In this document: piece by piece, positions 19,576 through 28,676 of the stretch
Layout of the letters: each line of letters starts with the position of its first letter
Numbering within the stretch: position 1 is the stretch's first letter
Assembly (NCBI GenBank): GCA_963730915.1
Contig: CAVSTR010000004.1
Location: forward strand, 407,014-471,013
DNA length: 64,000 bases
From: an uncultured Gemmatimonadales bacterium
GTDB taxonomy: Bacteria; Gemmatimonadota; Gemmatimonadetes; Gemmatimonadales; GWC2-71-9
Reading direction: 5' to 3'
Program-made: the position numbers and the translations under genes
Notes under the pieces: model-generated
Told to the model about the DNA's origin: nothing
Database searches by the model: none
Seen by the model: the letters and a program-made list of their open reading frames with translations, nothing else

Positions 19576-21919
19576 ATGAGTACCGCGGTTCTGGACACCC
19601 GTAGTTTCCCAGTTTCCGGCATGACCTGCGCTGCGTGCAGCGCACGGGTGCAGCGCGCCCTGGAGAGAGTTCCGGGTGTGAGCGCAGCCAACGTCAACCT
19701 GATGACCGGTTCCGCCACGGTCGAGTTCGACCCGGAGACGGTTGCACCCGAGCAGCTGGTCGAAGTGGTTCGCGCCACCGGGTACGGCGCCGAGCTGCCG
19801 GAGGCCGCAGCGTCCGCGGAAGAGGAGCTGCAGGATCGCGACGAGGTCCAGGCGGAGGAGCTCCGGGTTCTTCGCTGGAAACTGGTGGTCAGCCTCGTTG
19901 CCGCGGCGCTCACGATGGTGTTCAGCATGGTTCTGGCATCGGTGGCACCGGGATCGATGAGCGATCCCCTGATGCAGTTCATGATGCCGGCGACGGATTG
20001 GCTGCTGCAGAGCGTGCCCGGGCTAAACCGGGTCTCCGCTGACAGCTGGCGCTATCTGCTGCTGGGTCTCACCCTGCCCGTGGTCGGCTGGGCCGGACGC
20101 CACTTCTATACCCGGGCATGGTCTGCGTTCCGCCATCACGGTGCGGACATGAACACGCTGATCGCGGTCGGCACCGGGGCCGCTTTTCTCTTCAGTGTTG
20201 CCGCGACGCTCTTCGACGACTGGCTGGCTGCGCGCGGAATCGAGCCGCACGTCTACTACGAGGCCGTCACCTGGATCATCGCGCTCGTTTTGCTCGGAAA
20301 TCTGCTGGAGACGCGCGCCAAGGGGCGTACGTCCGGCGCGCTGCGCCGGTTGATCGGGCTTGAGACCGAGTACGGCGCGGGTGCTGCGAGCGGGGCGGGA
20401 AGAGGAGATCCCTCTATCCGGCCTTCGTGAGGGAGACGAGGTAGTGGTACGGCCGGGTGAAACGATTCCGGCCGACGGCGTGATCCTCCAGGGCAGCAGC
20501 TACATCGACGAGTCGATGCTGACCGGTGAGCCGGTGCCGGTTTCTCGCGGGGCGGGTGATCGGGTGATCGGAGCCACGCTCAATCGGAACGGCGCCTTTC
20601 ATTTCAGCGTCTCTCGCGTCGGCCAGGACACCGTGCTGTCGCAGATCATCCGCCTGGTTCAGCAGGCGCAGGGGTCGAAGGCGCCGATTCAGCGTCTGGC
20701 CGATCGCATCTCCGCGGTCTTCGTTCCGGTAGTTCTCTCTCTCGCCGTCGCGACTTTCGTGCTGTGGTTCGATTTCGGGCCGGAGCCGGCCTATCTGCAC
20801 GGCCTGGTCGCCGCGGTCACAGTGCTCATCATTGCGTGTCCCTGCGCGATGGGTCTCGCGGTACCAACGGCGGTGATGGTCTCGACCGGCCGGGGTGCGG
20901 AGCTCGGTGTTCTCATCAAGAAGGGAGAGGCGCTCGAGCGAACCGGGCATCTCGACGTCCTGGCTTTGGACAAGACCGGCACCGTCACCGAGGGTCGCCC
21001 GGTCGTCGAATCCGTCAGCATCGCGCCGGGAACAGAGATGGACGCGAATACGTTGCTCCAGCTCGCCGCCTCGGTCGAGCGTCTGAGCGAGCATCCCCTT
21101 GCCGAAGCGATCGTCGAGGAAGCGGAGCGGCGGGGCATCGCCGGGCGCGACGTAGTGGACTTTCGAAGTTTCGCCGGCAAGGGTGTCACCGGACTGGTCG
21201 AAGGCCGTCAGGTCGCCGCGGGCAACGCGCTGTTGATGGTGGCGATCGGCGCCGACACCGCCCTGCTGCGGGAAGAGTCGGAGCATCGAACCCGGCGGGG
21301 ACAAACCACGGTGTTCATCGGGGTGGATGGCGAGCTCGCCGGCCTCATCGCGGTCGCGGACCCGATCCGCCTGACGAGCTCGAACGCTGTGAGCCGCCTT
21401 CGCAAACTGGGCCTGGACCTGGTTCTGCTAACCGGCGACGACGACCGCACCGCACGCGCGGTGGGGAAGTCGGTTGGGATCGAGCGGGTCATCGCCGAGG
21501 TATTGCCGGATGAGAAGCTCCGGGTGGTGCGGCGAATCCAGGAAGAGGGCAAGACGGTGGCGCTGGTGGGTGACGGGCTCAACGATGCGCCGGCGCTGGC
21601 CCAGGCCGACATCGGTATCGCGATGGGAACCGGAGTCGACGTCGCGGTAGAGGCGGCCGATATCGTCCTCATGCGGAGCGACTTGCTCGGCGTGGTCGAT
21701 GCAATCCGGCTCTCTCGCCGGACCATGCGCGTGATCCGGCAGAATCTGTTCTGGGCGTTCGTCTATAACGTCATCGGCATTCCCATCGCGGCGGGCGTTC
21801 TATACCCGCGCTTTGGTCTGCTGCTGACACCGGCGATGGCAGCGGCAGCGATGGCGTTGAGCTCGGTCAGCGTTGTGACGAATAGTTTGAGACTGCGGAG
21901 ATACAGGAGTAAAAGGTGA
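19576..21919 (+). pseudogene. copA: Copper-translocating P1B-type ATPase, one frame change at the GGG run 20356-20358
   Basis: N-terminal GMTCAAC HMA domain, CPC ([11 protein letters not shown]), DKTGT, and [10 protein letters not shown]. Removing one G restores ..[22 protein letters not shown].. Confidence 0.9.
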
Positions 21920-21993
21920 AGAGTGAAGAGTGAAACCCACTGTTCACTGTTCACCGCTGACGGTTCACTGTTCACTTTTCACTTTCACCTCAC
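21915..21993. repeat. In-phase heptamer array that switches polarity: 3 x (A/G)GTGAA(G/A), then 8 x TTCACTG-like
   Basis: GGTGAAG AGTGAAG AGTGAAA CCCACTG TTCACTG TTCACCG CTGACGG TTCACTG TTCACTT TTCACTT TCACCTC. The copA stop TGA lies inside the first unit. Confidence 0.85.
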
Positions 21994-22016
21994 GCTGTTT
22001 GACTAAGGAGTTCCCC

Positions 22017-22364
22017 GTGTCCACCGAGACCATTACTTCGCCCTGCGCGTGCGGCGCCCGGCCGGGCGACGGAACTCACGCCGTCGAGGTCGATCCCGAA
22101 GCCAAGCACGCCATCGTCAGTCGACTACGGCGAATCGAGGGTCAGGTTCGGGGGCTCCAGAAGATGGTGGACGAAGAGCGATACTGTGCCGATGTGCTGA
22201 TGCAGCTGTCGTCGGTGCAGGAAGCGTTGCGTGGTGTGGGCCGCGCGCTGCTGGAGAATCACCTGAGACATTGCGCCACCGAGGCGATCCGCTCTGCCGA
22301 CCCCGCGAAGACGGAAGCTATCTACGAGGAGTTGATGGAGCTGATGTATAAGAACGCGAGGTAA
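22017..22364 (+). CDS. csoR: CsoR/RcnR family metal-sensing transcriptional repressor
   Basis: RLRRIEGQVRGLQKMV..RYCADVLMQLSSV..HLRHC. GTG start follows an AAGGAG RBS. Confidence 0.88.
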   Translation: MSTETITSPCACGARPGDGTHAVEVDPEAKHAIVSRLRRIEGQVRGLQKMVDEERYCADVLMQLSSVQEALRGVGRALLENHLRHCATEAIRSADPAKTEAIYEELMELMYKNAR

Positions 22365-22438
22365 GCGGGTAAGCGGGTAAGCGGGTAAGCACGGGTAAGC
22401 GGGTAGCGGAGCTAAGCGGTAAGCGGGTAAGCGGGTAA
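22361..22438. repeat. Tandem octamer array GTAAGCGG, about 9-10 units
   Basis: Read directly from the sequence. The csoR stop TAA lies inside the first unit. Confidence 0.9.
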
Positions 22439-22449
22439 GACGAGAAGGT

Positions 22450-22537
22450 GTCACCCTGAGCGAAGCGAAGGGGCCGGAAAAGTATCCTTCTGGGATACCT
22501 TCGTGCTAACACCCCCGCGTCCTGAACTCAGGGTGAC
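22450..22537. repeat. 88-nt hairpin module GTCACCCTGAG...CTCAGGGTGAC with nested stems
   Basis: The 11-bp terminal inverted repeat encloses inner pairs CGAAGG/CCTTCG and GTATCC/GGATAC. A 19-nt block is identical to 9403-9421 on the opposite strand. Confidence 0.85.
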
Positions 22538-23730
22538 GATTTTCCGATTTTTTCTCTCTTCCGCGCCTTGGCGGCGCCGTCTTTCCCGTCCTTCCCGACC
22601 TTCTTCGACTCTTCCGCCCGCTCATCCCTGAACTTCAGCGCCGCACGATACTCCTTCACCAGTCGCCCCATCATTGCCTCCCGCCGAGCGTACAACCGCT
22701 TGAGCGGACGACTCTCGTGGCGCTCTCTGGCATACGCCGTCAGCAGCGGCAGCCCAATGGAGCTGTCGGTATACACCACCACCGTTCCCGGAAGCTGGTC
22801 CGGATCGATCTTGCCCCAGCTCACCGCTTCAGCGGGGGTGGCGCCTGAAAGGCCGCCAGTGTCGGGACGGGCATCGGTGATCTGCAGGAAGTAGTCGTGG
22901 CCCCGCTCGTCGATGCCGAGCACCTCCTGGATCTGCGGCTCGGTCTGAAGCATGAAGTTCTTGGGGCTGCCTCCGCCGACGATCAAGACTCCGCTCTTGC
23001 CTCCAGACCGCTTGGCCTCCAGCACGATGCTGGCGGTCTCGTTCACATCAGCGCTGACATCGAACCTGAGCTTGCTGCCGGCAAGCGCCTGCTCCGCCAC
23101 GTTCATCCCGATCGAGCTGTCTCCCGGGGAGCTGGTGTAGATCGGCACCTCGAATTCGTGAGCGGCTGAGAGCACCGAGCGCCGGGAGAGGCCGAGCGCG
23201 CGCTCCCGCTCGCGGACGTAGCCACCCAGCAGGTAGTGGTACTCCGCGGAGCTCATCGGTCGCTGGAATTCTTGCCGAGCCGACACCTCGCGAACGAACG
23301 CGTCGGTCGAGAGCAGGACGTTGTAATCGAAGAAGATGTCGTAGATCCGCACCACGCCCTTGTCGCGCAGCTCCACATCGTCGGCGCCGGGAGTGCCGCG
23401 ATGCATCGCGAGGCCCAGTGCGAAATGCGCATCGTGGTAGAGGTTGGCTCCGGTGGAGATGATCCAGTCCACGAAGCCGGACTCCATCAGCGGAATGAGG
23501 CAGCTCATGCCGAGCCCCGCCGGCGTCATCGCACCGGTGAGCGTCATTCCCACGGTGGTGTCCGGCGCGAGCATTCGTTCGGTAAACAGCTGACAGCCCT
23601 CCCTCAGGCGGCCCGCGTTGTACGCCAGGAAGGCGTTGTCGATCAGCTCCGCGACGGTTTCCCTGCCGGTCGTTGCCTTTGGATCGATCCGCTGGCCGCG
23701 CAGGTACTTCGCGGAAGGTCGGCTGTTCAT
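22528..23730 (-). CDS. Deoxyhypusine synthase-like (homospermidine synthase-like) protein with Lys-rich C-terminal tail
   Basis: DHS family blocks: [28 protein letters not shown]. Start placed at the ATG at 23730, which overlaps the upstream stop. Confidence 0.85.
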   Translation of the reverse strand: MNSRPSAKYLRGQRIDPKATTGRETVAELIDNAFLAYNAGRLREGCQLFTERMLAPDTTVGMTLTGAMTPAGLGMSCLIPLMESGFVDWIISTGANLYHDAHFALGLAMHRGTPGADDVELRDKGVVRIYDIFFDYNVLLSTDAFVREVSARQEFQRPMSSAEYHYLLGGYVRERERALGLSRRSVLSAAHEFEVPIYTSSPGDSSIGMNVAEQALAGSKLRFDVSADVNETASIVLEAKRSGGKSGVLIVGGGSPKNFMLQTEPQIQEVLGIDERGHDYFLQITDARPDTGGLSGATPAEAVSWGKIDPDQLPGTVVVYTDSSIGLPLLTAYARERHESRPLKRLYARREAMMGRLVKEYRAALKFRDERAEESKKVGKDGKDGAAKARKREKIGKSSP

Positions 23731-24479
23731 CGCTTCTCGTTCCGCGCCTCGATCACGATCCGCGTTGCCTCCGCTGGGTCGTCGGTGATCCGGAAAAGCA
23801 GCAGGTCGCGGGCGTCGATCTTCCCCTCCGCTGCCACGGTCCGCTCGAGCCACTCGGCCATGCCGCTCCAATACTTCTTGCCCATGAGAATGACGGGGAA
23901 GTGTTTGACCTTGCCGGTCTGGATCAGGGTCAACGCTTCGAACAGCTCGTCCAGCGTGCCGTATCCCCCGGGAAATACGATGAAGGCCGTCGCATACTTC
24001 ACGAACATCGTCTTCCGGACGAAGAAGAACTTGAAGTTGAGGCTTCGGGTGAGATACGCGTTGGACCCCTGCTCGAACGGCAGCTCGATGTTACAGCCGA
24101 TCGAGAGACCGCCAGCTTCCTTCGCTCCACGGTTCGCCGCTTCCATGATGCCCGGGCCACCCCCGGTGATCACGCATATGCCTGCTTTCGCCAGCAGGCG
24201 GGCGGTGTCTACCGCGGACTGGTATTCGGGACTGTCGGGCTTGGTTCGCGCCGATCCGAAGATGGACACACCGTCACGAACATCGGCCAGGTTGTCGAAG
24301 CCCCAGACGAACTCCCCCATGATCCGGAGCACCCGCCATGGATCGGAGACAAGAAGCTGTTCCTTGTCACGGCCGGACCTGGGCTGCGGCCCCTCGAGGA
24401 GGGTCTCGTCCTCGGTGGGACGCTTGTTGTCGTCCATCGTACGATATGGGCTATTGGTCATGGCACGCATGGGTGTCAT
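23727..24479 (-). CDS. LOG family protein (TIGR00730-type, cytokinin riboside 5'-monophosphate phosphoribohydrolase-like)
   Basis: [14 protein letters not shown] and [12 protein letters not shown] motifs. Confidence 0.88.
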   Translation of the reverse strand: MTPMRAMTNSPYRTMDDNKRPTEDETLLEGPQPRSGRDKEQLLVSDPWRVLRIMGEFVWGFDNLADVRDGVSIFGSARTKPDSPEYQSAVDTARLLAKAGICVITGGGPGIMEAANRGAKEAGGLSIGCNIELPFEQGSNAYLTRSLNFKFFFVRKTMFVKYATAFIVFPGGYGTLDELFEALTLIQTGKVKHFPVILMGKKYWSGMAEWLERTVAAEGKIDARDLLLFRITDDPAEATRIVIEARNEKR

Positions 24480-24549
24480 AGGGTGCGGAATATACCAATT
24501 ATACTTGGCGCATGTCCCGCCCTTGGCTGTCGCTGACTGGCCGGCTCAT

Positions 24550-24774
24550 GTGGCGAGGGCGTACTCAGCCCGCGCCTGGGGCTGGACCTGCTGCAGCACG
24601 GCGTGGGCCTTCCGCCGCAGGCGTTGGTGGGCAAGCCCGCCGTATTTGCCGCTGCCGGACCGAGTCTACCTCCGGTGGCGGATGTATACGGCGTACGGGA
24701 ACGAAGATGCGGTTCCACCGGTTGAAGATGTAGTGCGCTTCGCGCGGTGGCGGCGCGAGACCATGGGGCTCTAG
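24550..24774 (+). CDS. Possible small conserved hypothetical protein
   Basis: This is the only part of the long ORF 23236..24774 that is not antisense to a real gene. The tail ..PPYLPLPDRVYLRWRMYTAYGNED.. looks protein-like. The start is uncertain. Confidence 0.35.
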   Translation: MARAYSARAWGWTCCSTAWAFRRRRWWASPPYLPLPDRVYLRWRMYTAYGNEDAVPPVEDVVRFARWRRETMGL

Positions 24775-24790
24775 AGGTGAGAGGTAACCG

Positions 24791-26131
24791 GTGATAAGGG
24801 AGAGGGGAGCAGTGGTTAACAGTGGGACTTCCGGATCCACGCTGCCCCACGTCCTCATCCTGGGGGGCGGCTTTGCCGGGCTGTATGCGGCCCAGGCGCT
24901 CAAGCGCGCTCCGGTCCGGGTCACCCTCGTGGATCGCCGGAATCATCACCTCTTCCAGCCCATGCTGTACCAGGTGGCAACGGCCGCGTTGAACCCCAGC
25001 GACATCGCCGCGCCCATTCGCTCGGTACTCCGAGACACCAGACCAACACCGAGGTGCTCCTCGGCGAGGTGGAATCCATCGATCCGGCCGATCGCCGGGT
25101 GGTGCTCACCGACGGCGCGGACTCCACCTACGACTACCTGATCGTGGCGACCGGCGCCCGCCACTCCTACTTCGGCCACGACGAGTGGGAGAGTTCTGGC
25201 ACCGGGTCTCAAGAGCATCGAGGACGCCGTCACGATTCGGCAGCGGGTACTGCTCGCGTTCGAGAAGGCCGAGCGGGAGCCGGACCCGGTGCGTCGCCAG
25301 GCGCTGCTGACGTTCGTGGTCATCGGTGGGGGTCCGACCGGCGTCGAAATGGCCGGAGCGGTGGCCGAGCTGCGGCGGTACGCGCTCCGGCGCGACTTCC
25401 GGCGGATCGACCCACCGATGCAACCGTGCTCCTCCTCGAGGGCGGCAGCCGGCTGCTCACCTCCTATCCGCCCAGCCTCAGCGACAAGGCCAAACAGGAG
25501 CTCCGCCGCCTTGGCGTCGAGGTCCGAACCGAGACACTGGTCACCAACATCCGACCCGGATCAGTCTCCGCGGCGGGGTGGACCATCCCCACGCAGACGG
25601 TGATCTGGGCCGCCGGCAACGTCGCCAGCCCCATCCTCCAGAGCCTCGGCACTCCCGCTCGACCGCGCCGGTCGCGCCATCGTCGAGCCCGACTGCACCA
25701 TCCCCGGGCACCCCGAGATCTTCGTCCTCGGCGATGCCGCGCTGTTCGATCACCAGGAAGGCGGACCGCTTCCGGGAATCTGCCCCGTCGCCATTCAGAT
25801 GGGCGAGTACGCCGCGCGCACGATCGAGGGCGATCTCGAAGGCCGGCCCCGCCGGGCCTTCAACTACTGGGATAAGGGACAGCTGGCAGTGATTGGCCGT
25901 GGCCATGCCGTCGCGGACATCTGGAAGCTTCACTTTGCCGGCTTCCTCGCGTGGGTCATCTGGACCTTCGTCCATATTTTCTTCCTGATCGGGTTCCGCA
26001 ACCGGATACTCGTGATGATCCAGTGGGCCTGGTCGTACCTGACATATGGCCGGGGCGCCCGGATCATCACGCTGGAGGAGAGTCCGGTCATGGCCACAGC
26101 CGGCATTGGGACTGCCGCCCGGGCATCATGA
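24791..26131 (+). pseudogene. ndh: Type II NADH:quinone oxidoreductase (NDH-2) with four frame changes
   Basis: GGGFAG dinucleotide motif, [14 protein letters not shown], and LGD. Frame changes lie near 25035, 25195, 25411-25413 and 25654-25656. Confidence 0.85.
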
Positions 26132-27069
26132 GCCTGGAAGCAGCGGTCAGGACGCGTGCGCAGGAGCTTGGATTCATCGCCTGCGGCATCACTCATCCCG
26201 GTCCCAGCCGCTATGGCGACCAGCTGGATGACTGGCTCGCGAAGGGGTACGCCGGCACGATGCGGTACCTGCACCGGCAGGCAGCTCGTCGAAAGGAGCC
26301 GCAGCGGATCGTTCCGGAGGCGCGCTCGGTTGTCGTTGTGCTGGATAACTACTACTCGGCCGAGCGGTCGGCGGATACTTCGCCGCCTCGAATAGCAAAG
26401 TATGCGCGAGGCGAGGATTACCATCGGGTCACCGGCGCACGCTTGGAGCGGCTCGCGAACTTCCTCACCGGGCATGGCGCCCGACTGAGTCACACGTTCG
26501 CCGATGCCGGGCCGGTACCCGAGCGGGAGCTGGCACAGCGCGCCGGCCTCGGCTGGATCGGCAAGAATACCATGCTGGTTCGACCCGACGCGGGCTCCTT
26601 TTTCTTCATCGGATCCATCTTTACCGATCTGCCGCTCCGTTGGGATCAACCGTTCGAGCTGGATCGCTGTGGCACTTGTACCCGCTGCCTCGATGCCTGT
26701 CCCACCGACGCATTCATGGCGCCCCGCGTGCTCGACGCCACGCGCTGCATTTCCTATCTGACCATCGAACAGAAAGGTCCCATCCCCGACGAGCTGGCCG
26801 ACGAATTCCAAGGTTACGCCTTCGGCTGCGACATCTGCAACGACGTGTGCCCCTGGAATCAGCGGTTCTCGACCGAGACCGGCGTTCCCGAGTTCCAACC
26901 GGGAGATAGCCTCGAGGGGCTCCATCCGGATCTGTTCGAAGACATGACCCAGGAAGATTTCGATCGCCGATTCGCCCACACACCGCTCGAACGGCCCGGC
27001 CTGGCCGGCATGCGCCGCAACTTTCGGGCAGCATACCGATCAGCCCCGAGTGTGTCGCGGGTAGAATGA
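26128..27069 (+). CDS. queG: Epoxyqueuosine reductase
   Basis: CGTCTRCLDACPT and CDICNDVCPWN ferredoxin-type motifs plus the QueG N-terminal region. The ATG overlaps the ndh stop. Confidence 0.88.
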   Translation: MSLEAAVRTRAQELGFIACGITHPGPSRYGDQLDDWLAKGYAGTMRYLHRQAARRKEPQRIVPEARSVVVVLDNYYSAERSADTSPPRIAKYARGEDYHRVTGARLERLANFLTGHGARLSHTFADAGPVPERELAQRAGLGWIGKNTMLVRPDAGSFFFIGSIFTDLPLRWDQPFELDRCGTCTRCLDACPTDAFMAPRVLDATRCISYLTIEQKGPIPDELADEFQGYAFGCDICNDVCPWNQRFSTETGVPEFQPGDSLEGLHPDLFEDMTQEDFDRRFAHTPLERPGLAGMRRNFRAAYRSAPSVSRVE

Positions 27070-27521
27070 GCCAGCATCTTCGGCGGCTACTGCGGTACGA
27101 TGGGTGGGCCAACCAGGAGACCGTCCAGTCGCTACGAGACCGCCCGCCCGAGCGGAGCCTTCGGTGGATGGCGCACATCGTTGGCGCGGAGTATCTGTGG
27201 CTGGCCCGGCTCGAAGGCAAGCCGGCTCCGATGGCTGTTTGGCCCGAGCTGGGAGTCGATGCGTGTCGTGAGAAGGTGACGGCACTGGCCCGGCTCTGGC
27301 CCGAGTTCCTGGAGGCACATCGAACCTCCCTGGGCGACACCGTCTCCTATGTCAACACCAAGGGTGAGGCCTGGACCAGTACGGTCGAGGAGATTCTCAC
27401 CCATGTCACCGTCCACTCGGCGTACCATCGGGGGCAGATCGCCTCGGACGTTCGACAAGCGGGTATGGCGCCGGCATTCACCGACTACATCCATGCGGTG
27501 CGGCAGGGGTTCGTTCCATGA
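27066..27521 (+). CDS. DinB family protein
   Basis: DinB-like four-helix pattern: YDGWAN.., ..HVTVHSAYHRGQI. Confidence 0.8.
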   Translation: MSQHLRRLLRYDGWANQETVQSLRDRPPERSLRWMAHIVGAEYLWLARLEGKPAPMAVWPELGVDACREKVTALARLWPEFLEAHRTSLGDTVSYVNTKGEAWTSTVEEILTHVTVHSAYHRGQIASDVRQAGMAPAFTDYIHAVRQGFVP

Positions 27522-27739
27522 GCTCGCCGTCCGCGGGGTCCCTGCTGATCGTGCTGGGTCTTGGGCTGGTCGTGGTCGGGTTGCTGGTGACGATGGGCGG
27601 CTTCGGCTGGTTCGGGCGTCTTCCCGGAGACATCCGGATCGAGCGCGACACTATGCGGATCTACATCCCGTTTGCCTCGATGATTCTGATCTCGGTGGTC
27701 CTGAACCTGATTTTCTACCTGGTCCGGCGTTTCTTCTGA
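27518..27739 (+). CDS. DUF2905-like small membrane protein
   Basis: GRLPGDIRIER..IYIPFASMILISVVLNLIF. Confidence 0.75.
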   Translation: MSSPSAGSLLIVLGLGLVVVGLLVTMGGFGWFGRLPGDIRIERDTMRIYIPFASMILISVVLNLIFYLVRRFF

Positions 27740-27741
27740 CG

Positions 27742-28248
27742 ATGAGCAAGCACCCGGCTCCGCGCAGGCAGGCTCCGATCCTCGGCACTCATCCGGCGCC
27801 CCAGGTCGAGCGTCTCCGAGCGTTGAGCCGGTTGCTCGATAGCGCCTTTGTAATTCCGGGAACACCCTACCGGTTCGGGCTCGATGCTGTGATCGGCCTG
27901 GTTCCAGGATTGGGAGACGTGGTAAGCGCGGTGTTCTCCGGATACCTGGTGCTCCAGGCCTCCCGGCTGGGTGCACCGAGATCGGTCGTCAGCCGAATGA
28001 TCGCGAACATCGCTCTCGACACGGCAGTCGGCTGGGTTCCGCTTCTGGGTGATCTGTTCGACGTCGCCTGGAAATCGAACAACCGGAACATGGCCCTCTT
28101 GGAGCAACACCTCCAGCAGCCCGCTGCCGCCCGGAGAGGTAGCCGCATGGCGCTCCTGCTGATCAGCGCCGTGTTGCTCGTGTTCCTCACAGGAGCTGTG
28201 GTGCTCGGCGTGCTCCTCACGAAACTCATTCTCGCTCAGCTGCATTGA
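27742..28248 (+). CDS. DUF4112-like membrane protein
   Basis: RFGLDAVIGLVPGLGDVVSAVFS...DTAVGWVPLLGDLFDVAWKSNNRN. Confidence 0.75.
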   Translation: MSKHPAPRRQAPILGTHPAPQVERLRALSRLLDSAFVIPGTPYRFGLDAVIGLVPGLGDVVSAVFSGYLVLQASRLGAPRSVVSRMIANIALDTAVGWVPLLGDLFDVAWKSNNRNMALLEQHLQQPAAARRGSRMALLLISAVLLVFLTGAVVLGVLLTKLILAQLH

Positions 28249-28256
28249 AGGCTACC

Positions 28257-28676
28257 ATGATTCCCCGATTGCACAGTATCGCCATTTTCGTCCAGGACAT
28301 TGGCCGCTCGGTAGAGTTTTACCGCGACAAGCTCGGCCTGCCTCTCACGAAGCAGGGCTCCTTCGGTGCCGAGTTCTTGGAAGGCGACACTCATATCAGC
28401 GTCCATCCGGCCGTGCACAAGGATGCCAAGTCCCTCGTCGGGCGTCATACGGGGATCACACTGTTCGTTCCGGATCTGCTGCACTACTGCGGTGTCCTGC
28501 ACGATCGCGGCGTCCGGTTTACGACGGAGCCCACGCAACAATCGTGGGGCATAATGGCCATGGTGGCCGATCCCGACGGAAACGTGCTGGCACTATGGGA
28601 AGACAAGATGCCGGACGAGGGAGAGCATGCCCACGCGCATCAGGAGCCGATGGATCAGGCCGACGGCATGGCGTGA
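28257..28676 (+). CDS. VOC/glyoxalase family protein
   Basis: Glyoxalase-fold N-terminus (LHSIAIFVQDIGRSVEFYRDKLGL) and ..DPDGNVLALWE. Confidence 0.8.
   Translation: MIPRLHSIAIFVQDIGRSVEFYRDKLGLPLTKQGSFGAEFLEGDTHISVHPAVHKDAKSLVGRHTGITLFVPDLLHYCGVLHDRGVRFTTEPTQQSWGIMAMVADPDGNVLALWEDKMPDEGEHAHAHQEPMDQADGMA

Noticed and set aside
22361-22438. CRISPR array (regularly spaced short repeats).
   Set aside because: The units are 8 nt and directly abutting, with no spacers. The same is true of 11172-11195 and 21915-21993. No cas genes are present.
23236-24774. 512-aa plus-strand ORF, together with other long ORFs antisense to confident genes. Examples: 25930..26979, 14129..15112, 12078..13058, 20414..21304, 31188..32054, 34628..35461, 43453..44262, 44034..45113, 46641..47540, 58530..59510 and 59126..59962.
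   Set aside because: These are typical high-GC antisense open frames. They have Arg/Pro/Gly-rich low-complexity translations and overlap genes with clear family motifs. Only the last ~75 codons (24550-24774), outside any gene, were kept as a low-confidence CDS.
7000-26200. Classical genomic island or prophage explaining the cassette- and frameshift-rich stretch.
   Set aside because: There is no integrase, transposase, tRNA/tmRNA attachment site or phage structural gene. GC content of the genes matches the rest of the window, and only the 6.6-7.25 kb spacer is atypical.
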